Positions 46,300 to 58,793 of a stretch of DNA of 64,000 bases are shown one piece after another (the stretch's first letter is position 1; each line of letters begins with the position of its first letter). Source of the DNA: Azolla caroliniana (taxonomy: Eukaryota > Plantae > Polypodiophyta); assembly GCA_043228905.1 (NCBI GenBank), contig JBHGNT010000013.1:1674001-1738000 (forward strand). Direction: 5' to 3'. Below the pieces are notes generated by a model. The model worked only from the letters and a program-made list of their open reading frames with translations. It was not told where the DNA came from and made no database searches. The position numbers were made by a program, and so were the translations under genes.

Positions 46300-49060
46300 C
46301 TCACCCCCTCCGAACCCGCACATCCTTCGGTATGTGCCGAAGTTCTTGATTCCTCATATCCATCTTCACCCAAAGCTTCCTCCGATTCTCCCCTTATGTC
46401 GACTATGAGTTGTAATTCACTTTCTTCGCTTCCCGCATCACCGTGGTCTTCATCCGATTGCTCCTCGTTGTTGGCCTTGGCTTGGATCACATAGGGTTTG
46501 TCGTCGGTCCGCTTCCCGGCTATAGGCACTCGTAGTATTGTTCCATCCAACTCGGACAGTCGGTACGTTCCGTTGTCGAAGACTTTCCGAACCTTGTATG
46601 GCCCGAACCACCTTTTCGTGAATTTCCGTATCGTTGTATGTTGGTGGTCCAAACTACTGTCATAGACGATCACCCAATCTCCTTCTTCAATCCTCCTCGG
46701 TCGTAGTCGGTGCTTTGTGTCGAACCGGCTTTTGTTCCAGAACCGTGCTTCTTGTTGTCGGCGTATTGCTTCCGCTATGTCTGCCGGTCTTCCCTCTAGT
46801 TGTCGTATCCGGACCGCTATTAGTTCTTCCCGGCTCATCTCTTCCTTCCACGCTAGCACTATCCATGTTGCGATCACGGTTTCTGTCGGCATTTCCGGTG
46901 CTTGTCCGGTCATGAGTTCTGCCGGCATGTAACCGGTTACTGAGCTATGCGTCGTCCGATCCGCCCATAGTGCATATGGAAGCATCTGCGGCCAGTCCTT
47001 CACCTTTCCATCGCATGCCTTCGCAAGTGCTTTCACGATCGGACTATGTCCACGTTCGATTTTCCCGTTGGCCTCCGGATTGTATGCCGTTGTCAGCGAT
47101 AACCGAACTCCGTGTTTGGCGAAGAATCCCCTAGCTTTGTCCGAGTCGAGTTCTCCCCGGTCCGCAATCACTTGTCCTATGCACCCGTACCTGCAAAATA
47201 CTTCCTCCAAAAGAAATTGGCATACCACGGAACACATTTTCCTCTGAAGCGCTCGACCTTCTACTTGACTCGTGAGATCTTCCCGAGCTAATACCAAGTA
47301 TTTCTTTCGTCCAATCCCGGTCGGCATGGCCACTATGTCGACCATCCACTTGAAGTTGATTGTCGGTGAGAATGTCGGATGTAACTTATCTCGATGTCGA
47401 ACCCCGGAGTAGACTTGACATTTCTCGCAGCTTTCTGTGAACTCCGCAACATCTTTGTACATTTTCTTCCACCAATATTTTTGCTTGATCTTGACAAATG
47501 TTGCCCATGTTCCTCGGTGTCCAGCCCAATTGGATTCGTGAAACTCGGACATTATCCGGTTTCGTTGCTCTTTTGTCCCGACTACTCGAAGTGGTATACC
47601 ATCCGGTCTTTTCGGCGCCCTCCATATTAATCCGTTTTCCAAGAAGAACTTTTGGACTTGCCTCTTCTTCCTTCGGATCTCGGCTCTTCTTCCTTTATCG
47701 TTTGTTGAATCCTCGGCCTCTTGTAACATCTTTCCGATCATCAAGCTTTCTCCCTCGTATTCTTCTTCCCGGAATTATCGGATTACGTTCACTCGGCATA
47801 TGTGCTCCAACACGAAGTAGTCTTCGGAAACTTCTTCATTATTCGATTCGGTTATGTCATCTCCGAACCGAGCCCTTGATAACATATCCGCTACCGCGTT
47901 GTCCTTCCCCGAGATGTGTCGAACCTCCGGATTAAGCGACTTGACATATGCAACCCACCTTAGCATAGCTACATCCTGTATCGTACAACACCGCATCATC
48001 CCGAGTATCGGAAGACAATCCGTCTCGATCACCACTTCGGCTCCGATCAAATAATCCCGATCCGATGTTATCGCCGACACGACTCCCCACAGTTCTCTTT
48101 TGACTTGTGCATAGCCACGTTGACTTTTGTTGAGAACCTTTGCTCCGAATCGGATCAGATACCACGAACCATCCGAGTCGGCTTGATTGATGACCCATTC
48201 TTCTTGGATGAATCAGAGTGACCCATTCTTCTTCGGAACCGTAAACCATCGATTTGAGTACGGAGCAGTTGATGGCTCTAGAATCCCCATCGCCACCTTC
48301 TCCTTGAGCAAGTCAATGACTTTTGGAATATGCGCTCACGGTACCGGAATCGGCTTCAGGTTCCACGGTACATGGTCAATCGTGAAGATCACCATCGGCT
48401 CCACCATTCTCAGATCGACGCACCCTATCTCCCTTGATGTAAATGCAAACGCTTTGCCGTGTTGCTCCAACATCTCGCGAAACTGTTCTTCTTCTTTTTG
48501 TAATAGGAACCCACCTCCACCGATCCGAAGTTTCTTCTGGGTCTCATCCGTGAAGGCATGTCCGATATCCACGGACTTCCGAAGTGTCGGATCTCTCGAG
48601 ACTTCTTTCCTCTTTTGTTCGCTATCGGCGGGTAGTAGACCCGCGGCCGGTTTCACCTTCTTCTCCACGGTCTTGTATTTCGTACTTACCATTGCTTCTT
48701 CTTTGCGGAGCGTATCCGGCTCCATTTTCGCAATGATCTCGTACATCTCGACCGATTCCACCGGGACTACCCGGTTCCCTTGGCTTTTATCTTCCGCAAG
48801 CTCTTCAAGTCGTTGTAGCGTGCTCCCATAGAACACTTCTTCGACTATCCCCACGATTTCTTCATCTTCTTTTATTATTGATGCCGACCGCAACTTATCC
48901 TCCACTTGTCGGTATCCTTTCTTCAATCCTCCGGTTACGGTCGTGTACGTAGATGCCTCATCCAGACCGATTCATACATGTTTTGCTCAGAGAGTTTTCT
49001 TCCTGTGTGGGGTATTAGGGCTTCTCGGACTATCACTTCCCCACCCCACAACAGTCCGCT
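46300..49060 (-). pseudogene. A2 pol: RT N-terminus, deletion at ~48200, RNase H, integrase
   Basis: ORFs 48336-48926, 47775-48080 (ADMLSR) and 46257-47744 (CEKC, WMVDIV, IADRGE, NGKIERGH, WFGPY). Confidence 0.92.
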
Positions 49061-51103
49061 TTAAAAATCCATTCTCACTTGGGACAAGAGTTCCCTCTTG
49101 TTCCTTTCGTGATTTGCCGGCACCGTTAGGAATTGGACGGATTTCCCACCGTTTTGGCTCCGAATTCGCGCAAAAGCCGCACCGCTATCGAGCACCTTCA
49201 TCTCCATCCGTAATGCCGTGATAAAGGGTTGGCCGAGGATGACGAAATGTGAAACCTCATCTTGCACGAAGAAATTTTGGTCGATCTCGACATCCCCGAT
49301 CTTCACCGTCACATCCGGACAAGCCGCAAATAGATCTTCCGTTGCTTTGGTGGCCGCCCGAATCTTCCATCCATGGTTGGTGTTAATAGGCCACTTCCCC
49401 TTCCGGTAGAACTCCTTGGACATCAAGTTGATCTCCGATCCGTGATCAATCAATGCTAGCACGGGTTCTTTGATGTTGCCGATTCGGACCGGAGTCTCCG
49501 TAGTCGCGCGTGCCCAATGTGGCCTTGTATAGTGGGAGTTCGGAATTTCGTTCTCCACCTCGGTGTCGTTCATTAAAACGGTGTTCGCATTCACCCTTGG
49601 AGCATTTTCCTCCGTACTTTGTCTTTTTCGCTTCACGAGATCCACGAGAAGATCGTGGAACTCCTTCTTTGCTATTCCGAGTAGCTCCCGAAGCGAGAAA
49701 TCTACCCGGCTATCCAAGATTCTTTCCTCGAACACTCTTTTCAAGTCGGTTTGTTGTTCTATGTCCGAGGTGAGCTTGAATGCCGGAGTCGCCTTTTCTT
49801 TTCCCTTACCTCCGGAGTTCCAGCTTCCCGGTATCTTCGATGGCCCGGCCGCATCCTCCGTGTGTCGTCGTTTCTCGTCCACATACACCTTATGCAATTG
49901 ACATAGGGCGTATACGCTATTCTTGTTGACAGGGCACTCCCATCCCGTAGCTTCCCGAACGCCTTCCGTGGTGCTTCGGATCTCGTTCGAGTCGGTTTTC
50001 TCGGTGTTTTCTAGAACTTCCGGCCAAAAAGACGTCTTTGCTCTTGATGACTCCCCAACACATATTCCCGCGGTTGTCGCATAGTTGCTTCTTGCTGCCA
50101 ACTCCTCCTCGAGCACCTTCTTCATGCCGCCTTTCCGGAAGTTCGGTCGGAGTGGCTTCCGAGAGTCCAGCAAATGAATCCGGTTTCCCTCGTAGTAGAT
50201 GAGATTCCGCCGTAGTGCCTCCTTATGCTCGTCGCAATCCCTCCGATCATGTTCGGCGCTATCGCACCATATGCACCGTCGGTCCGTATACTTGGAGCTT
50301 GTGGGGCGATCATCCGACTTCTTCACCATTGCGATCTTCAGATTCTCCATCTCCTTCAATAGTTGCTCCACCGTAGATGCATCAATCCCCTTCTCGGTTG
50401 TAGTCTCCCGAGCCCTCGGTTGATGGTCTTCCAATCCGGTTCTCGGTTTCGGAATCGGTTCCGAAACCCTCTTTTCCTCGTTGGCAAGCCATTGCCCCCT
50501 CTTCGTGTATCGCGTGACGATATCCCGCACGCTTTCCCATGTTTCGGTGAGGCCACTCTCCGTGGTCGTGTCCTCCAAGAGCACCCCGAGATCTTTCCGG
50601 TCCCGGACGTCCACGTCTCGCAAGAACATGATCACCGTGTCCGGTACGAGGATAGCTTGATCTATCGGGGACAACCTCCCGAATCGGCTTTCGAATGCCG
50701 AAAACACATCAACGACCTTCAATCCCTTGTCCGGCGTCTCCACCAAATCTTCGAATCCCCTTCGTGTCGCCTTGGAGGAATCCTCGATGGCGAACGTCCT
50801 CTTTAGCTCTACTTCAAACGCCTCCCATGTCGGATTTTGCTGTCGTAGCCCATGGATGCTTGCTTGAAGCCCGTCGGTCGCCACCCAATTGAAGGACGTC
50901 ACTTGCAGTCCTTCCGATATTCTGCACCGTAGCATCTCTGCCTTGTAGTCCCAAAGATACCACGACACGTCTTTCCCGTTGAATTGCCCGTTTCGTTGCA
51001 CGAGCCGCTCCACTGATGCTGCTATCTTCGACATCGCGCGTTGTTCTTGTAGCATGCGCTCGAACATCATCATCATGTTGCTAGCCTCCGGTTGATTTTC
51101 CAT
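49061..51103 (-). CDS. A2 gag-protease, uninterrupted 680 aa
   Basis: MENQPEAS...CIWCDSAEHDRRDC...LALIDHGSEINL...RMDF*. Confidence 0.92.
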   Translation of the reverse strand: MENQPEASNMMMMFERMLQEQRAMSKIAASVERLVQRNGQFNGKDVSWYLWDYKAEMLRCRISEGLQVTSFNWVATDGLQASIHGLRQQNPTWEAFEVELKRTFAIEDSSKATRRGFEDLVETPDKGLKVVDVFSAFESRFGRLSPIDQAILVPDTVIMFLRDVDVRDRKDLGVLLEDTTTESGLTETWESVRDIVTRYTKRGQWLANEEKRVSEPIPKPRTGLEDHQPRARETTTEKGIDASTVEQLLKEMENLKIAMVKKSDDRPTSSKYTDRRCIWCDSAEHDRRDCDEHKEALRRNLIYYEGNRIHLLDSRKPLRPNFRKGGMKKVLEEELAARSNYATTAGICVGESSRAKTSFWPEVLENTEKTDSNEIRSTTEGVREATGWECPVNKNSVYALCQLHKVYVDEKRRHTEDAAGPSKIPGSWNSGGKGKEKATPAFKLTSDIEQQTDLKRVFEERILDSRVDFSLRELLGIAKKEFHDLLVDLVKRKRQSTEENAPRVNANTVLMNDTEVENEIPNSHYTRPHWARATTETPVRIGNIKEPVLALIDHGSEINLMSKEFYRKGKWPINTNHGWKIRAATKATEDLFAACPDVTVKIGDVEIDQNFFVQDEVSHFVILGQPFITALRMEMKVLDSGAAFARIRSQNGGKSVQFLTVPANHERNKRELLSQVRMDF

Positions 51104-51141
51104 CTCCTTGCCACCCGTCTTCACGTCGGGTTCACCAACTC

Positions 51142-51846
51142 TGTCGTGCCTTTCGGCTTCAGATCGTTACGTGAGTCAGGTGGGAACCGCCGAGGTTCTT
51201 GACTAGGAGGAAGAGGAATACAAATTAAGGCTAGTTATGAATAGTGGAAAGAGAAGTAAGATAACAATCTCGTGAATCCCACGAGTTTAGTGTATTTAAA
51301 ACAATATTTAGATTATAAGAGTAATTTTGGTGGCAAAATTCGTGACTCCCACGAATATATTAGATTGATCAATCCTTGTATATTAATCAACAACCTTATA
51401 CATATTTCTCTCCTCCTTATATAAAGATGGAAGAGGCTAAGCATGGCTTCATGCTTTTTCACCTAAAGTGTCCATGCACACTAAATGTGCATGTGATGCT
51501 TTGTCATTTCCTAAATATAGGGCTCATGCACGCTAGATGTGCATGAGTCACTTTTAATGACACGTGTAAATAAAATATTCACACTCTAAAGAATACATGA
51601 TTTTTACCTTTTAATAAAGGTATGTGTAAATAACGGTCTTATAGGTATTAAATCTATATGTATAACACTAAAGATAAGTTATTACAATGGTAAAGTTGGG
51701 GTTTATCTACGTGGAGGTGCAGGGTTTGAATCCTGCCCTATGCATGTGATAAATTCTTTTGATATATTATTTATTTATTTATATGTATCTAAAATCGGAT
51801 ATATTATTTTATGGTTTTCACGTAGTGTGCGGAATACACTACGACA
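51142..51846 (-). repeat. 5' LTR of A2
   Basis: TGTCG...CGACA; adjacent to the PBS. Confidence 0.95.
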
Positions 51847-54800
51847 ACGCGACTTGTCGGTGGCGGACTATACCTCGAAGATCAAGGATATCTGCGACTC
51901 CCTCGCCTCCATAGAGGTGAACATCGAGGAGAGCGAGATGGTCCAAATCTGTCTCGGAGGTTTGGTGTCGAAGTTCGGAGAGTTCCGAATGGCTGTGTGT
52001 ACCCGGGAGAATACGTCGTCCTTTTTCGGCTTACAGTCGATGCTCCTGGTAGAGGAGAACCACGCGGGTGCGTCTACAAGCACGCACACCGACAACAGAA
52101 TGCTGTACACGGAGGGAGATAGGCCCTATGGACGTGGAGGACGAGGCGAGTCGGCGTGCAATGGAGGTGGCCGATGAGATCAAGAAAGAAGGCACTGAAG
52201 TGATGCCGACAGCAACTCCGGACCCTCCGAAAACAGGGGGAGTCGAAGCGAGGAGAACCGGCAAGAAAGGCCACAAGGAAAGTGAGTGCTGGAAGCGCGC
52301 CGATTCGGAGAGAACTGGTTCCGGGAACGGCTCTAGACATACCGACAAGGGAAATCGGCAGCGATCGCACTACGCCGAAGACTCCGGGAGAGCCGGAGAA
52401 GGGAATGCCTTCGTGACGAGACACGAAGCAAACTCAATGAAGCAGACCACCCCGAGATCGGACGAGGTGTGGTATGTAGACTCCGGCGCATCAAACCACA
52501 TGACGAGCCATAAGGAGTGGTTCTCGTACCTTGAAAAACCGATACAACCTGGAGTAGTCGCAACAGGAGACGACACTCCGCATCCGATCGCGAATGTTGG
52601 AGAAGTTCCCCTTAGCCATGTCGGGCAGAAAGGGAAACTCATGAACGTGCTGCACGTTCCGACAATCACGAAAAACTTGGTCTCGGTTAGGATGGAGGTT
52701 CGGTTTACACACCTCGGGTGCTTCATTGAGGAAGAAGGCCGTGTGATTGCGCAAGGGCGCAGAGACGGGAGGATGTTCATCCTCGACTCCACTGACGGCG
52801 GCACCGCAATGTTCGCGAAGGGACAAAAGACCGAGTCGGACATCGACTTGTGGCACAAGCGGATAGGCCACGTCAACCACCAACGACTTCAAGATCTGCA
52901 ATCGAAACAGGTAGTGTTCGGATTGCCCAAATTTAGTGGCCGAAAGGCACAAATTTGTGAAGCCAGCCAGCTCGGGAAGCAACACTGACTTCCCTTCCCC
53001 AACAAGCGAAACCGGAGCTGGAACAAGCTCGACCTTATACACTCCGATGTATGGGGGCCGGCACAAAATGTTAGTCTTGGCGGGAGCCGATATTTCGTCT
53101 CCTTCATCGACGACCACACACGGCACAAGTGGATCTACCTCATTGAGAGGAAGAGCGAAGTCTTCGACTGTTTCCGGGACCTCAAAGGGTTCGTGGAAAC
53201 CGAAACGGGACGAAAGATCAAGTGCCTGCGGTCGGATGGCGGGAAAGAGTACTTTTCCGGTCAATTCAACGGTTACCTACAACAAATGGGAATTTGCCGC
53301 GAATTCAGTTGTAGATACACGTCGAAGCAGAACGGCGTGGCCGAGAGAAACAATCAGTCGATTGTGGAAGCGGCACGGGCAATGCTGGAGGAGAAGAGCT
53401 TGCCCAAGTTCTACTGGGCCGAGGCGGTAAGGACCTCGGTGTACATCCTAAACGAAGCCGAACTTGCGACACTTGAGAGTGTTCGGTAGCATTGCGTATG
53501 TGCATGTACCGAAGTAGAAAAGGAGGAAGCTAGACGCAAAGGCCGAGAAGTGCATCTTGGTCGGTTACTCGGACGAGCAGAAGGGTTATAAGTGCTATAA
53601 CCCTTGCAACCAAACAAGTGCGTGTCAGCCGCGACGTTGTGTTTGACGAGTCCACGTCCTGGTACCTGCCCCCGACTCCGAACCATGCCCCCAATCCGAG
53701 CTCTAACGATGAGGTCAGCGAGGCCGAGATGCCTCCGGATGAGCCTGAAATCGAGACCTACGAAGAGAGTCCGATTTCAGTTCGGTTAAGTGGACCGATT
53801 GGACGACTGGGTCGGTATGACCAGTCCGATGAAGAGTCGGCGAGTAGTGGAGACTTGGCCGTGCATTCCCCGCACAGGAAGCCGAGGAGACGGCTTATGC
53901 GCAAAGAAAAAGGGAAGAAGAAGGTGTCGGATTCCGGCACGGAAATGAACGAGTCAGACCGACGCGAGTCCGACTCCGAGAGAACCGGTGACGGGTCTTT
54001 AAAGGTGAAGATTGCGCCGATCGAGAAGGCCTCGACATCGGCTAATGTGACATTACGCCGATCTACCCGCCAGAAGAACCCAGTTGTGCGGTTCGGATAC
54101 AACGAGTACATGGCGCATCATTATGCGTACATGACTGTGTAGCGAAAGTGCGTGAGCCGGAGAGCTACGCAGAAGCGGCTAAAGACGCGAATTGGCGTGC
54201 CGAGATGGAGGAAGAGATGCACGCAGTGGCGGAGAACGAGACCTGGGAGCTTGTTGACGCACCGAAGGGGGTAAAACCGATCGGGTGTAGGTGGGTGTAC
54301 AAGGTCAAGTACAACACCAATGGCTCGGTCAACCGGTACAAGGCTCGGCTAGTGGCAAAGGGCTACGCGCAGAAACACGGCATCGACTACGATGAGACGT
54401 TTGCGCCGGTCGCGAAAATGACGACCGTTCGTGTTTTGCTCACAGTAGCCGCGACCAAGGGGTGGCACCTACATCAAATGGATGTAAAGAATGCGTTCCT
54501 GCAAGGTGAACTTGAGGAACAAGTGTACATGGTACAGCCCCCCGGATTTCACTCCGGAACGAACTCCTCGGCAATATGCCGACTGAAGAAGTCCCTTTAC
54601 AGACTGAAGCAAGCCCCGCGTGCCTGGAATGCAAAGATCACGCAACAACTGCGTCGGATGGGCTTCGTCACGTCAAAATCGGACTCTTCCTTGTTCATCC
54701 GGAAAGGTCGACTCGGCCCGGTTAGTATTCTACTCTATGTCGATGACTTGGTCATCACCGGCGCCGACCTAGGTGAAATCGACCGCGTGAAGCTCCAGCT

Positions 54801-56217
54801 TGTGGCATCGTTCGACATGAAGGATCTAGGAGACCTTCATTACTTCCTCGGGATCGAAGTGATCCGTACCCCCGAAGGCATATTGATCAGCCAACGTCAT
54901 TACGTGCTGAGTATGCTCTTCAAATTCGGGATGGTCGACTGTAAGTCCATCTCGACTCCTTTGGACAGAACCGTCAAGCTTCGTCCCGATACGGGAAAGG
55001 TATGCGACCCGACGAGGTTCCGATAAATTGTCGGAAGCCTTATATACTTGACCATCGCTCGACCCGACCTCAGTTATCCGGTCGGGGTGATCAGTCAGTT
55101 CATGGCGCGACCTACCGAGGAGCACCTTCAGTGTGCGCAACGCATACTTCGGTATGTCAACGGCACTAAGGACCGGGGACTGCTATATCGGACTGGTGCA
55201 GCCACACGGTTAGTCGGCTACACCGATGCTGATTGGGCTGGCAACGCTGCCGATCGCCAATCCACGTCTGGATACGCGTTCGCCCTCGGGAGTGCCGCGA
55301 TCGCGTGGAGCAGGAAGAAGCAGCCGATAGTTGCACTGTCGAGCACCAAAGCCGAGTACCGAGGAGCGGCTGTCGCGACATGCGAAGCCATATGGTTGAA
55401 GCGGCTACTTAAGGACCTGCGAGAGGAGGTGTCCGATCCAACGATGATCTACTGCGACAACCTCAGTAGCATCCAGCTTGCGAAGAACCCCATCTTCCAT
55501 GCACGGACCAAGCACATTGAGGTGCACTACCATTTCGTCCGTGAGCGTGTCCTTTCCGGTGAAGTCGAACTTCAGTACGTTCCAACGGATCGGTAGACTG
55601 CCGACATCTTCACCAAGCCTCTTGGTCTGGACAAGTTGCTGCAATTCTCAGGTGTGCTCGGATTGCGTCACCTCGACGTGCCAAACTTGAGGGGGAGAAC
55701 AGTCCCGAACGACCAAGCAAAGCAACAGGAAAGGAGCGGAGACCGCGACACCGAGTCGGTTGTCGAGTTCGACTTCGGATCGGCTGAAGAAGCCGAGGGC
55801 GGACCCGTCGAAAAGTTCGGAAGCGGACAGAAGGGGAGCAACCGAAGGAGAAAGCCGAAGCCAACCACGCATGAGGAGGATGACACCATCGAGGGCGAGA
55901 AGACCGAAGACGAGTTGGAGATAGCCAACTCGGACGAGAGCGAAGACCGATTGGAGGTAGCCGAGTCGGTTCGGATGTTTGATTCTGACACGCTGAATCA
56001 ACCGAGGCCCAAGCGGAAGAAAAGGCAGCAGAAGAAGCGTCAACACCGCAACAACAGAAGAGCTGATGAGGGCCACACGAGCAGACAAGCCGATCGGAAG
56101 GGTCAAAGCGCGCGGAGTCGAACAGGTCGAGGAGCGCGAGCGAGGCGAGAAGCCAGGAGGAACCGGTGCTGTGAAGATCCCAAAGAGCCTCAAGTTGAGG
56201 TTGAGGGGGAGTCTTGA
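51847..56217 (+). pseudogene. J copia polyprotein with C-terminal extension
   Basis: WYVDSGASNHM, LWHKRIGH, LRSDGGKEY, QNGVAER, YKARLVAKG, LLYVDDL, YTDADWAG, YCDNLSSI, ADIFTKPL. Confidence 0.93.
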
Positions 56218-56598
56218 GAGACAAGCTCAACATCGGCCGGATCGGCTGAAGAAACCGAGGACCGGATCGGTTGGGACCGATCGGTTAGGTCGAGTGCATA
56301 AACCGGGAGGCCGTTAGGAAAGATATTCCGTAAGGAATATATTTGGGAGTTAGTGTAGGAGCTCTTGATGAGAATTGGAGTACTGTCAGTACTTCGGTCA
56401 GTCCTTCTAGGACTTGTATAAAAGTGCTCACTGAGCACGTCTTATGTACAGATTGAGTATTATTGTTGAATATAGTTTTTTGTGTTTTCTCTCTCTATCT
56501 CTCCCGAGTATACTCTGTAAGCTCAAGCTCTCCATTGAACCTGAGTTTCCTTCCTTCTGTTCGGTCTTCATACTTGCTTCCGCACGTTACTTTCTACA
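51847..56598 (+). mobile_element. 5'-truncated Ty1/copia element J
   Basis: gag from 51847, PR, INT, RT, RH; PPT TTGAGGGGGAG 56201-56211; 3' LTR ~56212-56598 ending TTCTACA, followed by the I RNase H. Confidence 0.92.
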
Positions 56599-58352
56599 AA
56601 AAAGAATTATTTGCAGTTATACATGCGCTCAAAACATTGCGCCATTATCTTTACGGAAATCGCTTTGTGGTAACTACGGACCACGAGTCCTTGAAATATT
56701 TTTGTGACCAACAAGACCTGAAAGGTCGTAAGGCACGATGGGCTGATCTCATCCAGGACTTTGATTTTTCCATACGATATCGTAAAGGTTCCATGAACAC
56801 TGTCGCTGATGCACTAAGTCGCATCCGTGAAGTTAACATGCTTAGCTTCACTGAAATAACATCAGATCTTTATGATCACCTTCGAGGAAAGTATCTTGAT
56901 GACAGTTATTTTGCAAAATATTGGGCAAGAGTTGAGTCTGGAACAGACACCACCACATCCTCAAAGGAATACTTCCACATTGCTAACGGTTTGCTCTACC
57001 GTAATGGGAAGGTTTGTGTTCCAGATTTACCCAAGGTCAAAAAGAGGATTCTTTTTGAATGCCATGATGCACCCTCAGCAGGGCACCCTGGAATACATCG
57101 TACACTCGTTCTCATCTCCACTCAATTTTATTGGCCTAAGATGCGTCCTGACATACATAGCTATGTGACTAAATGTCACCAGTGCCAGGTTAACAAAGCC
57201 GAGCGACTTAAAGCCGCAGGACTTTTACATCCCTTAGACATTCCCAATAATAAGTGGGAAAGTATATCCATGGATTTTATTGTTAGCCTTCCTCACACCC
57301 AAAAAGGTCATGATGCCATCTGGGTTGTCGTTGATCGACTTACTAAAATAGCCAGATTTATTGCTACTAAAACCACGGTAACAGCTCCTGAATTGGCTTA
57401 CCAATTCGTTGACGAATTATTTCGTTTTTATGGGTTACCGATGGATATCGTGAGTGATTGAGATCCAAAGTTTACTAGTGACTTCTGGACGCAAGTCTTT
57501 AAGAAGTTAGGAACTACGTTGAGCATGAGCTCCATGGATCATCCTCAATCCGATGGACAGACAAAATGAGTAAATCAAATTATTGAGGACATGCTTCGAG
57601 CCTACGTTGGTGCAAAACCAACAAAATGGGAATGTTATCTCCCAATTTTGGAGTTTGCTTATAATAGTTCCAAGCATACGTCGACGGGATATAGTCCTTT
57701 TATGTTGATGTATGGTTTTCAGCCACGAGCCCCGATTGATGTTAATATACATCATGATGAGTTGCGAAGTACGCAAAACTTTCTTCGGGATATGCAAGAT
57801 ATGTTGCATATTGCAAGAGATAATGTAAAAATAGCTCAAGATAGAGCACGTTTTTATGCCGACCATCATAGGCAACCTCGTGTATTCAACCCTGAACAGA
57901 AGGTATTTTTACGTGTACCTCACAATTCTAAGACATTGTCTACGGGTAAGTGCGCTAAGTTAGCCCCACAGTTTTGTGGACCTTTTACAGTCCTCAAACA
58001 CATTGGGTCATCAGCCTATCGTCTCGCTCTTCCCGATGGTGTTGGAATTCATCCAGTCTTTCATGTGAGTCGTTCAAAAGAACGTCTAGGTTCTGGCGAC
58101 AATACAGTTACAACTGAAACTCTGGTTACTTCTAAAGAATTATCTTCTAAACCACATGTACCAAAAAGAATTCTCGATATTAAAACAAAAAAATTACGTA
58201 CTAAAGAAATACGAGAATTTAAAATAAAATGGATGGATAAATCAATAAAAGATGCCACATGGGAACGCGAAAATACTCTTAGAACTAACTTCCCTAACTT
58301 TCCATTGCAAGAGTGCAATGTCTTAAAGAGGGGGAGTATGTTACGGGCATGA
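56599..58352 (+). pseudogene. I RNase H C-part, integrase and chromodomain
   Basis: KELFAVIHAL..TDHESL..ADALSR; HDAPSAGHPG..CHQC..SMDFIV; GPF; PKRILD..EFKIKW..DATWE. Confidence 0.93.
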
Positions 58353-58793
58353 CCATTTAATATCCCGTGGTGAGAATTTACCGTAGTATTCTATACACGT
58401 GGATAAGTGTGAGGGTTAAACGAGAGTGTAAAGAAGGGGAGGATTACTTTTAATCTTGGAATTGAGACAACCCATTAGGTCAAGTGTGAACTTGCCTGGG
58501 GGCCTTGGGTATCGCTATAAATAAGAGGCCTAGCTACCCTCATTTGATCATCTTTTTGACTACATCGAGACTTTGCTCTTGTGGTGGGTCAACTCTTGTA
58601 GTGAGCGCGCCAACACCAGGTACGACTCGCTGCCACGACGGTGGTATGGGACGCCGATCGAGGCTCGAGTCCGTCTCTATCCCTTCGCTCGGGGGTGGTC
58701 GGGTGGATCGGCACCCTTCTTTCTCTTTCTTCTTTCTATCTATCATTTGTTTATCCTTATCTTAAGCTTACTTTAGTACTTAGATCTCTAATA
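58339..58793 (+). repeat. 3' LTR of I
   Basis: Direct repeat of 31826-32280. Confidence 0.94.

Larger units (their letters stand above)
45595..51846 (-). mobile_element. Ty3/gypsy element A2 with both LTRs and a deleted RT core
   Basis: LTRs 45595-46299 and 51142-51846. PBS TGGTGAACCCGACGTGA 51121-51137 (minus). PPT GGAGGGGGTGAG 46300-46311 (minus). Flanks ACGT / ACGC. Confidence 0.95.
31826..58793 (+). mobile_element. Chromovirus I (iMet primed, type II chromodomain), hosting C2, A2 and J
   Basis: LTRs 31826-32280 and 58339-58793. TSD ACAAT (31821-31825 / 58794-58798). PBS TGGTATCAGA 32283-32292. PPT AAAGAGGGGGAG 58325-58336. Confidence 0.93.

Noticed and set aside
45591-51850. ACGT/ACGC as a true TSD of A2
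   Set aside because: The two flanks belong to different elements (I RT and J gag); the similarity is explained by target preference.
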